Source of the DNA: Eledone cirrhosa
Lineage: Eukaryota
Length of the DNA: 64,000 nucleotides
Assembly: GCA_964016885.1 (NCBI GenBank)
Contig: OZ024742.1
Coordinates: forward strand, 362,638,001-362,702,000
Direction: 5' to 3'
Shown here: one piece after another, positions 9,806-20,692 of the stretch
Layout: each line of letters starts with the position of its first letter
How positions within the stretch are numbered: the first letter of the stretch is position 1
Program-made: the position numbers and the translations under genes
Notes under the pieces: model-generated
Told to the model about the DNA's origin: nothing
The model's database searches: none
The model's input: the letters and a program-made list of their open reading frames with translations, nothing else

Positions 9806-12800
9806 TTACAGACACATACTCAGAGAAGGCCCATTCATTCGGGCCATACTTGCTTCTCTCACCCATCTTTCAACAAAATGCTGGGAAGAGAGCATTTCCC
9901 TCTCTACCCTGATTTTCCTTTTCAAATGAAATTTGAAAAAGTTAATCAGGGCATCACCGAAGAGGTAAGTGCTCGTCTTCAGCCCTTTCAAACGTGTCCA
10001 CCATACTATCTCTTTCGCCATGGCCACCAGACAGATAAAAACTGCCTGCCCTTCCCGGCTAAAGGAAGGGGGCGGGGCAATCCTGACGATGGACTCAGCT
10101 GATAGCTGGATCCGGCCTACACGTGACAGCAGGTGTTCGACATAAACCCACAAGTCAGCAATGCTCGGACACTGGACGAGTGCGTGCAGGACGGTTTCGT
10201 CGCCCTGCGCGCATCTCGGACATGCCCGGCTGACGGCACCTCCATGCCTGTAGAGTTTATCCCGAACTGGCAAAGCTCCTCGGTAGCACTGCCAGGCCAG
10301 GGATTTCTGGAAGTTGTCCATAGGCCCCGGCCCGAAAGTCCTTCCGAAGAGATTGGCTAGTTGATTTTCGTCGACGCCTAGAGTTTCTCCAAGTATGTCG
10401 TCGCTCTTCCCCTCCACTAATCCCCTATAGAACGCCAAGGTGGAGTTTCCACCGATCACATTGCCCGATTGGTCGAGGGCTGTGAGCGCCTGAAGACATT
10501 CCAGTCTCCAAGCGCTCCCTCTCGGTCTTCGCTTGACCCAGGACTGCAGCTCCGTCAAGGAGACGAGCTGGGGAAAAACGTGTCTTGCAAACGGCGACCA
10601 CACCTGATCACCGTCGAGGAAGAGGTGGAGATGTCGTAGCCTGAGCGCGTGTCTGCGCATCATCAGCCACGGCATGCCCAGCCCTCCACGTAGCGGGTGT
10701 TGACAGCAGATGGACCGCCTGACCATCGGAGCGCGTCCCTTCCTTAAGAAGCGAAACAGCAAACGCTCCAGCGCAGTCAGGCGGGGCTTAGGACAAGGTA
10801 CGACGGTCAGGCGGTAGTAGATGACGGATGCGATGTACGCATTCGCCACCTCCGCTCTACCTTTCAGGGATAGCTTCCTCTCGGCCCATTTCTGGGTGAG
10901 AGAAGCCACCCTGCTGGTCACCTCGTCCCAGTTTTTGTCCGTCTGGAGGTCTGGACCGAACCAGACCCCTAGCAATTTAACCGGTCCGTCCGTCCAGCGC
11001 CCGACGACGCTGTTGGACGGCATGGACCTGCCTCTCCAGGTGCCGAGCTGCAGGCCCACTGACTTTTCCTGGTTGATCATTGCTCCTGTCACCGCTTCGT
11101 ATTCTCTTAGTGTAGTGCCGATCGCCTCGATGTGTTTGGCGTTCGACACCACTACGGTGACATCGTCGGCATATGCTGACACGGATCTTCCGAATCCTAG
11201 TTCGCGGGGGACTCCCCTCAACGTCTCCAGTTTGTGCAGTAATGGCTCGAGAGTCAATACGTACAAGAGGGACGAGAGGGGACATCCTTGGCGGACCGAG
11301 CGCATGATGTTGAACGGTTCCGAAAGGTGACCGTTCACTCTCACTACAGAGCAGATGTCGCTGTGCATGGCAGCGATCCAGCCTCTGAAGACGGGCCCAA
11401 AGCCAGCCGCCCTCAGGACTGCCGCTAGGTAACGATGGTCGACCCTATCGAAGGCTTTCGATTGATCTAAATTGATCAAAGACCCACCCTTGCCAGGTTC
11501 CCTAGCTACCCTCTCTACGATGTATCGCATGAGGTGGAGGTTGCCATGGATGGATCTGTCGGGAATGGCGCATGTCTGTGCCTCTCCCACCAGACCACCA
11601 ACGACAAGCGCCAACCTCTTTGCTAGCACCTTGGCCAAAATCTTGAACTCTGTGTTTAGCAGAGTTATGGGCCTAAAATTATCTGTTATCCCCCTTGTTC
11701 GGATCCTTTCTCCGCAGCGCCACCGCTCCTCGGCTCACAGAGCTGAGAATTCTCCCGTTCTGTTGCCAGTTGCAGTAGACGTCCGCCAAGAGGTCTCCGA
11801 ACAAGTTTGGCATTTGTACGTAAAGTTCATAGGGCAGACCATCCAAACCAGGCGATTTACCCCTTGTGCAACTAGTCATTGCATCCCGTACTTTAGCGGT
11901 TGTTATCGGATTTTCGCAACACTCCGCCTCAGTGGCCGAAAGCTGCGGCAGTCCGTCGAGGTAGACACTAAAGTCCATCCCTCCATCCGGCCCGCCACTG
12001 CCCCCGAACAGCTGAGCGAAGTGTCGCTGAAAAGCTTCACACATTTTCCCGGGATCGAGTAGCATGCGCCCGTCGTGGTCCACCAAGGACCGGATCGTGG
12101 CTTTGTTGCCACGACGCGCCTCCGCCACTCGGGCCCATTGAACGGCTTTCGTCCCCTCGTGTCTGAGAGCACGCACCCTAGCTCTGACAACGCAGCCTTC
12201 GTGCTTTCATTGAAGAATTGGTCAAGGGCCAATTTCGCCGCAAGTACGTCGGTCGCGATGCCTTTGCTAAGCGCCTCATCTAATTTTCTAACTAGTTCTC
12301 CCTCTGCTCTATTTTTCTCTATTGCTAAAGTCTTACTAAACCTAATGGACTCTATTCTAATTGCTCTTTTCAGAGCAAACCACCACTTGTTGTTCACGAT
12401 GGCCCCCGTCAACGCCCGCTTAACTAGTTCGCTAATCCGGTCTCTGTAGGCCTTGCGCGCTGGTAAGGACGCGTTTAGCTTCCAGTAGCCGGGTCCTCGC
12501 CTATGAAGCCTATCTAAGTCAAGCACACAGATCACGAATTTGTGGTCCGTGTAGCTGACTATCTTGAATTGTGGACAGCCTATGCTAGACCTATCTATTT
12601 CCCTACAAAATACTCTATCTAGATATGATCTGGATGACCCTATGCGATTTGTCCAAGTCCACATTGGTACATTCGGGAAATCCATTCGGTACCTGTCAGA
12701 CAGTTCAAAACGTCTGAGCAGGTTGGTGAGACTCTTGCACCCTCCATCCCTATCCACTAATCCCACACAATCCCAGCGTGCATCTAACATCCCGTTCTAG

Positions 12801-13222
12801 TCGCCCACTAACACTAAAGAGCGGGACGTTCCAAGAAAGGTCTCCAGACGCCGGAAGAAATCAGGCCGCCCTGCTCCTGTCGGGGCATAGACGGCCACTA
12901 ACCTGAAAGCTTGCCCGTCTCCGCTGGTCACGTCCAGCACCACCAACTTACCTTCAGGGTCCAGGAAGATGGCCCGTATGGCAAGATCCAAACCTCTCCG
13001 AAAAAGCACAGCAACTCCTCCCCCCGATCCCGGACGGCTGGGAGATGCGTACACATCGTAGCCGCCGAAGATCGGTGCGAAAGCCTGTGCTTCGGAGATT
13101 CTGGTCTCGCTGATGGCCACTACATCTATGTTTAGTGACCTGAGGTCGTTGAGCAGGTGGCCCTGCTTCCATGACGACCCCAAGCCACGCGCATTTATGC
13201 TCCCTATTCTGAGTGAGGTCAT
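9806..13222 (-). pseudogene. Disrupted ORF2 (APE-RT) of variant B
   Basis: Fragments 12797-13222, 11903-12790, 11679-12176, 9806-11638; TAG at 12797 and two frameshifts. Confidence 0.92.
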
Positions 13223-13256
13223 GTTGAAAAGGAGTGGAAAAGACGGGAAAGACCAC

Positions 13257-15268
13257 TTACCTTACTTCTCGTAGGGGAAGGACGGTTTTTCCATCCTTTT
13301 CACTGCTTGTGGCCTCCTCAGGAAGGATGTCCTTATAAATCCTCCTGGAGAGTGCTTGTTGGAAGTCTCCGATGTCTTTGGGGAATTTTTGTTTTAGTGT
13401 CATGTACGTTTTCTGTGTGATGCGAGTGATTTGTATGTGTGGAGGTGGTGTGAATTTTGGGGTTGTTGTGTAGTCTTTTTCTGTGATGCTGGTGTTGTGT
13501 TGGATGTAGTGTAATAATTGCTTGTTGTTCAAATTTAATGCTGTGTAGTGTGTATCGTTTTGGTTGTTTTGTTTTGTTTGCGTTTGTTGTGGGTTTGTTT
13601 CTGTTTCGCATTTTGGTGACTTTTGTGGTGTAGGTGATGGTGGTGCTGGGGTTAATGATGGTGATGGTGTTGGTATTTGGGTTGATGGGGTTGGTGATGC
13701 TGTTGTGGATGGTGGCATATCTGTCCTAACTTTTTTGTTTCTTAATTTATTTGTTTCCCTCTGTATTTTGTTTTTGGAGGGGGAAGGAAGAGAATTTTTT
13801 CTTTTTTGGTTTCTTTTTTTTTTCCGGATATCGTTTCCCACTCCTCGTCGTCACAATCTGTCTCCAGTTGTGATAGGCCGGGGAGTGGAAAATCCTCCAC
13901 AGCCGTTAGTTTTGGTTGTGGTGTGGTGGATGGTGTAGGCGCTGGTGCTAGTTCTGAAGCGCTGGGTGGTGTTGGTGTTGGTTTTGCTGGTGGTGGTAGT
14001 GGTGTTGGTTTTGCTACTGTTGCTGGGGTTGTTGCTGTTATAGTTGCTTCTGTTGTTGCTGCTACAGTTGTTGCTGCCATCTCTGCTACTGGTGGTGTTG
14101 ATGGTTGTGTCACTGGGGTGGGTAGGAGAGGTGGACTCAACCTTTTAGCCTGAGGGCAGAAAGCCCTTAGGTGGGTTCCTTCACCACAAACGACACACCT
14201 AGGTCTTCTCCCCTCGACAATTACCGTGAGGTGGCTGCCGTCAGTGAGGTCTATTACCTCTGGGATCTCCTCAATGCTTTTTTGGTCCGCTTGGATCAGG
14301 AGCTCCATCCCAGATCCGGACCAGTTTTCCTGCTTTTCTTTTGCTATTGCTATTATTTTCGTGTTGGCTTCGATGCCGGCGAGGACAGCCGCTATTAGCC
14401 AGGGAATTTCGATGGCCGGTGGAACGTGGGTCACCCTGATCTTTACGAGTCTCTGGCCACAATAGCTTGGGACGAGTGTGAAGTCGTCACTTTTTAATGG
14501 GGCCATGGAGTGTTCTCTAGCCTCCTCTGGTGTTTCAAAGAACACATCCACGGTTCCATACTTTTGCCCACGTCTGATGTGGGTTTTTCTTGCCCACACA
14601 TGTCCCAAAGCTTTTTGGATTTGGGACTCGGATGCCCGTTCCACTCGGCGCGATTTTACATTTATTGTTCTATACGACACGGTGCATAGGCGCCGATGCT
14701 CCATTTTATTAGGTGTGTGTGCGGGGGGGGGGGGGGGGGGGTGAGGCTGACCCTGTACCCATCTTTCTTTACCATTTGTTTGGCATTTTCTAAATCCTCC
14801 TGAGTTACCGTGAATGCTTCAAACTGTTTTGCTACTATGGCGAAACTGAGGGTCGGTTTTATAATGTCATTGTTGTTGTTGTTGCTATCGTTATTTGTGT
14901 TAATATTAATTTTAGTTTCAGTTGTGGTGGTGGTGACGTCAGTCGTCTTTGGTGGGGAAGAGTCCATTTTGCTTGATTTCATTTCGACATCACGAGTTAA
15001 TTTATTTTTTCTTCTTTTGTTTCTGTTGTCGCGGTGGTGGTGGGGGTGGTGGTTGTCGCGGTGGTGGTGGTGGTGGAGGCTTTAACACCTGCAGTCATTG
15101 GTAATGGCGGGAAACGAATGTCTGCCTGAGACAAATTTAAAATATTGCTACTGCTTATATTTTTTTTGTTTTGGCAAACGTAGTAACATTTACAATGGTG
15201 GTGTCGGTGTGAGGTGTTAATTTGTGAGGAAGGCTTTCAGCTGCTTGTTGCAGAGGTGAATTAGCCAT
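13257..15268 (-). pseudogene. Frameshifted divergent ORF1 of variant B
   Basis: Fragments 14662-14982, 13742-14704 (CVVCGEGTHLRAFC), 13257-13841; breaks at G and T homopolymers; probable start MANSPLQQ at 15268. Confidence 0.8.
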
Positions 15269-15475
15269 TCTTTTCAACGAAATTTTTTGATAATAATAAA
15301 AGTTTAAATTTTGGGTACAAGGCCCCAATCTTTTTGGGTGTCCTTTTCGGAAAACAATGTATGTGCGCTTATAAACAGTTAACAATAACATTTTCCATAA
15401 ATGACAATTTTTAACAAACGGAAATAACAAACCTTTGCGGAGCTCACGATGATACGATTTACTACGTAGGTCGCC

Positions 15476-15533
<58 letters not shown>
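15476..15533. repeat. (TAA)n spacer
   Basis: Pure run. Confidence 0.99.
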
Positions 15534-15535
<2 letters not shown>

Positions 15536-15585
15536 TGGTTGTGACTTGGTGATAACTCGTATGAACATAAAGCAAGATAAATGCA
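15534..15585 (+). mobile_element. ~52-nt extreme 5'-truncated insertion of the D2 3' terminus
   Basis: actggttgtgacttggtgataactcgtatgaacataaagcaagataaatg matches 36465-36514; TAA on both sides. Confidence 0.9.

Positions 15586-15647
<62 letters not shown>
15586..15647. repeat. (TAA)n spacer
   Basis: Pure run. Confidence 0.99.
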
Positions 15648-15813
15648 GGGAAGAAGACGCACGAGGTGACGGAGGTCATGAAATCGCTCCCGTAAGTTTT
15701 GAATTTTTAACACATTTAAATCATTTGTGAAATAACAACTCTTAGTACAAATGCTACGTAAAGCACCCGGCTTGAGCCCCAAAAAAATTCGGACCCCAAA
15801 TATATTGTTATAA

Positions 15814-16459
15814 GGCTCAAATATTCAAATATTCAACTTTGTATTGTACACTGTATATCCAAAAAAAAAATGGCTATAAATGGAAGAAGAAGAACCCCCC
15901 CCCCTCCTCTCCTCTGGCTACACTATATAGGACAGCTAAACTCACCAACACCAGAAACTAGATACACCACCCACCCCATCATCTGTGTACACTAAACACA
16001 ACAGCATTTTCACCTTCACCGCCACCGCTCACTACGGCCATCATTACCACCACTATCCCATCACCGCCGCCACCACCCCTTGACTCCTTCACTGCTGCTG
16101 CCACCGCTACAGCACCATCACTACAGTAATACGGCTCAAATATTCAAATATTCAACTTTGTATTGTACACTGTATATCCAAAAAAAAATAAAATGGCTAT
16201 AAATGGAAGAAGAAGAACCCCCCCCCCCCTCCTCTCCTCTGGCTACACTATATAGGACAGCGAAACTCACCAACACCAGAAACTAGATACACCACCCACC
16301 CCATCATCTGTGTACACTAAACACAACAGCATTTTCACCTTCACCGCCACCGCTCACTACGGCCATCATTACCACCACTATCCCATCACCGCCGCCACCA
16401 CCCCTTGACTCCTTCACTGCTGCTGCCACCGCTACAGCACCATCACTACAGTAATACGG
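15814..16459 (+). repeat. ~320-bp tandem duplication in the D1-3 5'UTR
   Basis: ggctcaaatattc...cagtaatac begins at 15814 and again at 16133. Confidence 0.92.
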
Positions 16460-17018
16460 TCGCATCACCGCCACCACTGCCTCGGTATCGACATCACCAC
16501 CACCACTGTCTCAGTATCGCCAACGCCGCCAGTCTCTGCTGGCTGCCACTTCCACATTATAGAATTCCTACTACTAACAAAGAGGAAGGCATCAAAATAT
16601 ATAGATAGACTCAAAAGAAAAAAGAAAAAACAAACAACAAAAGCAGCACAGCAACAACAGCAAAAAACGAGAAAAACAAAAACAAAAAAAGACACCCCAA
16701 AAACGTAAAGAAAATAAGAATGAAGAGAGAAGCAGGCGGACGGACAGAGAAGAGGGGGGAAAAAGTAAAACTTAAAAAACAAAAACTAAGTCAGACATTC
16801 GAATACTACATTACAATGAAACTTATGCTTATTCATTTTTGGGGCCCTTTCTGCCCGTGTGTTTGTTTGTTTATGTGTGTCCGTATACAGCGTGGTGATA
16901 ATGCCACACAAGGGCCAAGTGGGATCGCGGATCCACAGATGGCTATGTAAACATACATTCGCCAATCCTCGATAAGAGTGTTTAAATATCGAACATAAAC
17001 AGTTCGAATAACGGTGAA

Positions 17019-19391
17019 ATGGAGACTAGAACGTCATGTGACAGACTCTCACCCAACAGGTGCCCCCTGGCTCAGCAGCAGGAACCTGACTGTCAACCAA
17101 ATACTGCTGATGTTGGAGGAAGAAGAAGAAGGAAAGGGGCCAGAACCAACTGGACGAAAGAATTGAATAGAACTGTTATGCAATGCTACCTGAAAAGTAA
17201 CCCCAAGGAGAGGGGCTACAGGAGACGGATGCATAACATCTGGAACGAGATTGGTTTATTTAAATTAGATGAACAAAAATTGGCCGGGCAGGCTCGGGTA
17301 ATAAGAACTAATGGGTGGATAAGCGAGCTGGAACTGGAGGAACTGAGCAGAGAGAATGGCTTGGAGATGGCGGGTGTAGTATGCCAGACAAGCGAGCCGG
17401 CGGGAAATGAAGGTGAGGAGGTCCTGAGAACGGAGGAACCACCCGAAGCAGACAATGATCTGAATACTGAGATAAATAATACCTGGAACAGAGATACGGC
17501 CACTGAGGAGATGAATGCTGACGGGCTAGGACAAGATTCGGTTGACATCCTAAATTTAGTGGTAGATGAGTTGAACAATGATAGTGGGAGACCTATGAAC
17601 CTAAGATTTGTAGACAGGAAAAAGTTAAAAGAAACAACAGCTAAGGTAAACAAAGTCATCCCATACCTTGAGGCGAGGAGTCTTCACCAGTGCAACAATA
17701 TCCTCAAAGCAACAGCAAATACGGTGAGGAAACTACTTGGTATAAAAGCGAGAGGAAACAACAGACAAGAAAGAGCAGAGCCGTGGTGGAAGAAGCGACT
17801 GAGTGGGCAAATCGGGGAAATGAGAAATGACATAGGAAAGCTTGAGTCACTACTGAATGGGACACTAAAAAACATAGGCACTAAAAATAGACTGGAAATA
17901 AAATACAAAACTAGGAGTAAAAAGCTAAATATTATCATAGAGGAATTGAAGCAACGCATTGTAGCAAAGAGTGCCAAAATCAGGCGATACGAGAACAGAG
18001 TCAGTCAGTATAAACAGAACCGCATGTTCGACAACAACCAGAAGATGCTGTTTGGACAGCTTGAGGGGAAAGAAAGAGGCAACGACTTGATCCCTGGGGC
18101 GGAAGAAGCTAAAACATTCTGGAGAGGAATATGGGAGCAGGATGTTAGACACAATGCCCAGGCAGGGTGGATTGAGACAGTACAGAGGGAGATCGGTGAG
18201 CAGGCACAGCAACAGACTGATTTGAGTATCACAGTTGAAACTCTAAAGGGGCAAGCCAAAAAACTAACCAACTGGAAATCACCAGGCCCAGATGGTGTGC
18301 AGGGGTATTGGATTAAACATTTAACATCCCTCCTCCCGAAGCTGACGACCATGTTCAATGACTGCTTGGTGTCGGGTGAGGTGCCAGAGTGGTTGACAAA
18401 AGGTACCACAGTTCTGATAATGAAAGACCGAATCAAGGGTAATGATGTTACCAACTATAGACCTATCACATGTCTGCCCGTAATGTGGAAACTGTTGACG
18501 AGCATTGTGTCTGAGGAAATCTACCATCACCTCCACACAAACAACTTGTTGCCGGACGAACAGAAAGGATGCCGAAAGAAGTCACGTGGTACAAAGGACC
18601 AGTTGCTTATTGATAAGATGGTAATGGGGAATTGCAGGAGGAGACACACTGATCTTGTCATGGGATGGATAGACTACAGAAAGGCATTTGACATGGTGCC
18701 TCATTCCTGGATCACCAAAAGCCTGGAGATCTTCAGGGTGGCAGATAACATCAGACAGTTGCTGGGCAGGAGTATGGGGTCCTGGGAGACAGAGTTGACA
18801 TCAACTGGAGTATACTTGGGAAGCGTGAAGATCAAGAGAGGTATCTTCCAGGGAGATAGCCTGTCCCCTCTGTTGTTTGTCCTTGCCCTGATGCCCTTGA
18901 CCATTATGCTGCGAAAAGTGAGAGCAGGATACAAGTTGGGAAGGGGAGAGCTTACCATCAATCACCTCCTCTTCATGGACGATCTTAAGCTCTTCGGGAA
19001 AAGTGAGAAGGAGTTGGATGTGCTTGTTGACACTGTCCGTATTTTCAGCAGTGATATATGTATGCAGTTTGGTATTGGTAAATGTGGAGTCATTGTGATG
19101 AGGAGGGGTAGGTTGAGCAGAAGTAACGGGATCCAGATACCAACAGGTGAGATGATAAAGGAAATTGACTCTGAGGAAGGATACAAGTATTTGGGCGTTC
19201 TGGAGGCTGAGGGCATAAAGAACAAAAAAATGAAGGAATTGTTAAGAACTGAATACATTCGGAGAGTAAGGAGCGTATTGAAGTCACATCTGAACAGCAG
19301 AAATGCCATAAGCGCAGTAAATTCCCGAGCTGTGTCTATTATTAGGTACAGTGCGGGAATTCTGAGATGGAATGTTGCTGAACAAAAATGA
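17019..19391 (+). CDS. D1 ORF N-terminal part: N-terminal domain + RT (790 aa), ends at TGA
   Basis: WKSPGPDG, YRPITCL, IDYRKAFD, GIFQGDSLSP, LFMDD, YKYLG. Confidence 0.85.
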   Translation: METRTSCDRLSPNRCPLAQQQEPDCQPNTADVGGRRRRKGARTNWTKELNRTVMQCYLKSNPKERGYRRRMHNIWNEIGLFKLDEQKLAGQARVIRTNGWISELELEELSRENGLEMAGVVCQTSEPAGNEGEEVLRTEEPPEADNDLNTEINNTWNRDTATEEMNADGLGQDSVDILNLVVDELNNDSGRPMNLRFVDRKKLKETTAKVNKVIPYLEARSLHQCNNILKATANTVRKLLGIKARGNNRQERAEPWWKKRLSGQIGEMRNDIGKLESLLNGTLKNIGTKNRLEIKYKTRSKKLNIIIEELKQRIVAKSAKIRRYENRVSQYKQNRMFDNNQKMLFGQLEGKERGNDLIPGAEEAKTFWRGIWEQDVRHNAQAGWIETVQREIGEQAQQQTDLSITVETLKGQAKKLTNWKSPGPDGVQGYWIKHLTSLLPKLTTMFNDCLVSGEVPEWLTKGTTVLIMKDRIKGNDVTNYRPITCLPVMWKLLTSIVSEEIYHHLHTNNLLPDEQKGCRKKSRGTKDQLLIDKMVMGNCRRRHTDLVMGWIDYRKAFDMVPHSWITKSLEIFRVADNIRQLLGRSMGSWETELTSTGVYLGSVKIKRGIFQGDSLSPLLFVLALMPLTIMLRKVRAGYKLGRGELTINHLLFMDDLKLFGKSEKELDVLVDTVRIFSSDICMQFGIGKCGVIVMRRGRLSRSNGIQIPTGEMIKEIDSEEGYKYLGVLEAEGIKNKKMKELLRTEYIRRVRSVLKSHLNSRNAISAVNSRAVSIIRYSAGILRWNVAEQK

Positions 19392-20411
19392 ATGGATAGG
19401 AAGACTAGGAAGCTATTGACTATCTACAACATGTTCCACAAGAGGAGTGATGTCGATAGACTCTACCTAAGGAGATCTGAGGGTGGAAGAGGTCTTATCA
19501 GCATAGAGGACTGTGTTCAGATGGAGAAAAACAACCTATACAAATATGTGACCTATAGTAAGGAGCCAATGCTCAGAGCTGTACTGAAGGAGGGGACAGT
19601 AGGCCAGGGGATATCCAAGGAGGAAATAACATCAAGGAGGAAGAGCAGCCTTAAGGGAAAATCCCTTCATAGTACCTTCTTTGAGAAAACTGAATTTAGA
19701 GATCCACAGACATGGAACTGGTTGAGAAGAGGAGACCTCAAAAAGGCTACAGAAGGAATGCTAATGGCTGCGCAGGAGCAGGCGCTCAGAACGAAGTGGT
19801 TGAAGCACCATATCTACAAGGAGGAGGCTAGCCCACTGTGCAGGATCTGTGGAGAGAGAGAGGAGACTGTGGCTCACATTGTGTCCGAGTGTAAACACCT
19901 AGCCCAGACCCACTATAAGGGCTGGAGACACGATGTGATGGGCAGGGTGATCCACTGGCACCTGTGCAAAGTAAACAATCTACCACATTCTGAGAAATGG
20001 TATGAGCATAGGCCAGAGGCGGTGATGGAGAACAGTCAGGTGAAGGTGCTGTGGGATTTTAGGATACAGACGGACAAAAAACTGGAACACAATAGACCTG
20101 ACCTGGTGGTTGTGGACAAAGAAAAAAGATCGTGCCTGATTGTGGATGTGGCCTGCCCGTTCGACACGAGAGTGCAAGAGAAGGAGAGGGAGAAAATTAA
20201 CCGATACCAGGACCTAAAGTGGGAGGTGAAAAGGATTTGGAACTGCCATGAAGTCAAAGTGATCCCGATTGTCATAGGCGCACTGGGGACTATCTCCAAA
20301 GGTTTCCAGGGATGGTTAAAGAAAATCGGCCCCTTCACGCTTTTTGGAACGCTTCAAAAGGCATGCTTGCTTGGAACGGCAAGAACCCTCCGATACGTCC
20401 TGAATATCTGA
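19392..20411 (+). CDS. D1 ORF C-terminal part: CCHC + restriction-like endonuclease (339 aa); ATG immediately follows the TGA
   Basis: CRICGEREETVAHIVSEC, WRHD, RPDLVVVD, IVDVACP, EKINRY; same frame as 17019-19391. Confidence 0.75.
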   Translation: MDRKTRKLLTIYNMFHKRSDVDRLYLRRSEGGRGLISIEDCVQMEKNNLYKYVTYSKEPMLRAVLKEGTVGQGISKEEITSRRKSSLKGKSLHSTFFEKTEFRDPQTWNWLRRGDLKKATEGMLMAAQEQALRTKWLKHHIYKEEASPLCRICGEREETVAHIVSECKHLAQTHYKGWRHDVMGRVIHWHLCKVNNLPHSEKWYEHRPEAVMENSQVKVLWDFRIQTDKKLEHNRPDLVVVDKEKRSCLIVDVACPFDTRVQEKEREKINRYQDLKWEVKRIWNCHEVKVIPIVIGALGTISKGFQGWLKKIGPFTLFGTLQKACLLGTARTLRYVLNI

Positions 20412-20485
20412 GGCTGCAGGTAGTGGCTTGATATTCAATCCAACGGACTTTCCAGTTAACCAACATCAATGACTGAGATTCAAGG

Positions 20486-20497
20486 AATAACAATAAC

Positions 20498-20544
<47 letters not shown>
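20486..20544. repeat. AATAACAATAAC(AAT)n tail/spacer
   Basis: Direct reading. Confidence 0.98.
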
Positions 20545-20692
20545 GGGAAGAAGACGCACGAGGTGACGGAGGTCATGAAATCGCTCCCGTAAGTTTTGAA
20601 TTTTTAACATATTTAAACCATTTGTGAAATAACAACTCTTAGCACAAATGCTACGTAAAGCACCCGGCTTGAGCCCCAAAAAATTCGGACCC

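Larger units (their letters stand above)
9562..15475 (-). mobile_element. Full-length L1/Tx1 variant B: family-A-like ORF2 with a different 5'UTR/ORF1; defective
   Basis: ORF2 region nearly identical to A; upstream of ~13300 only distantly related; distinct 5' end GGCGACCTACG; bounded by (TAA)n. Confidence 0.9.
15648..20485 (+). mobile_element. Full-length R4/Dong-clade D1 copy (D1-3), ORF split by TGA-ATG
   Basis: 5' end GGGAAGAAGACGCACGAGG shared with 20545, ~25800, 31606; 3' end ...GATTCAAGG then tail. Confidence 0.94.

Noticed and set aside
14723-14742. Long G runs (also ~30367 and ~41426) as programmed frameshift or G4 switches
   Set aside because: Expanded only in defective copies; intact copies have G7; homopolymer slippage or sequencing error is sufficient
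15648-15700. HDV-like ribozyme at the Dong 5' end, as expected from R2/R4 precedent
   Set aside because: GGGA/TCCC can pair, but I could not build P2/P3/L3/P1.1, and the TGAC/GTCA hairpin is not conserved in D2
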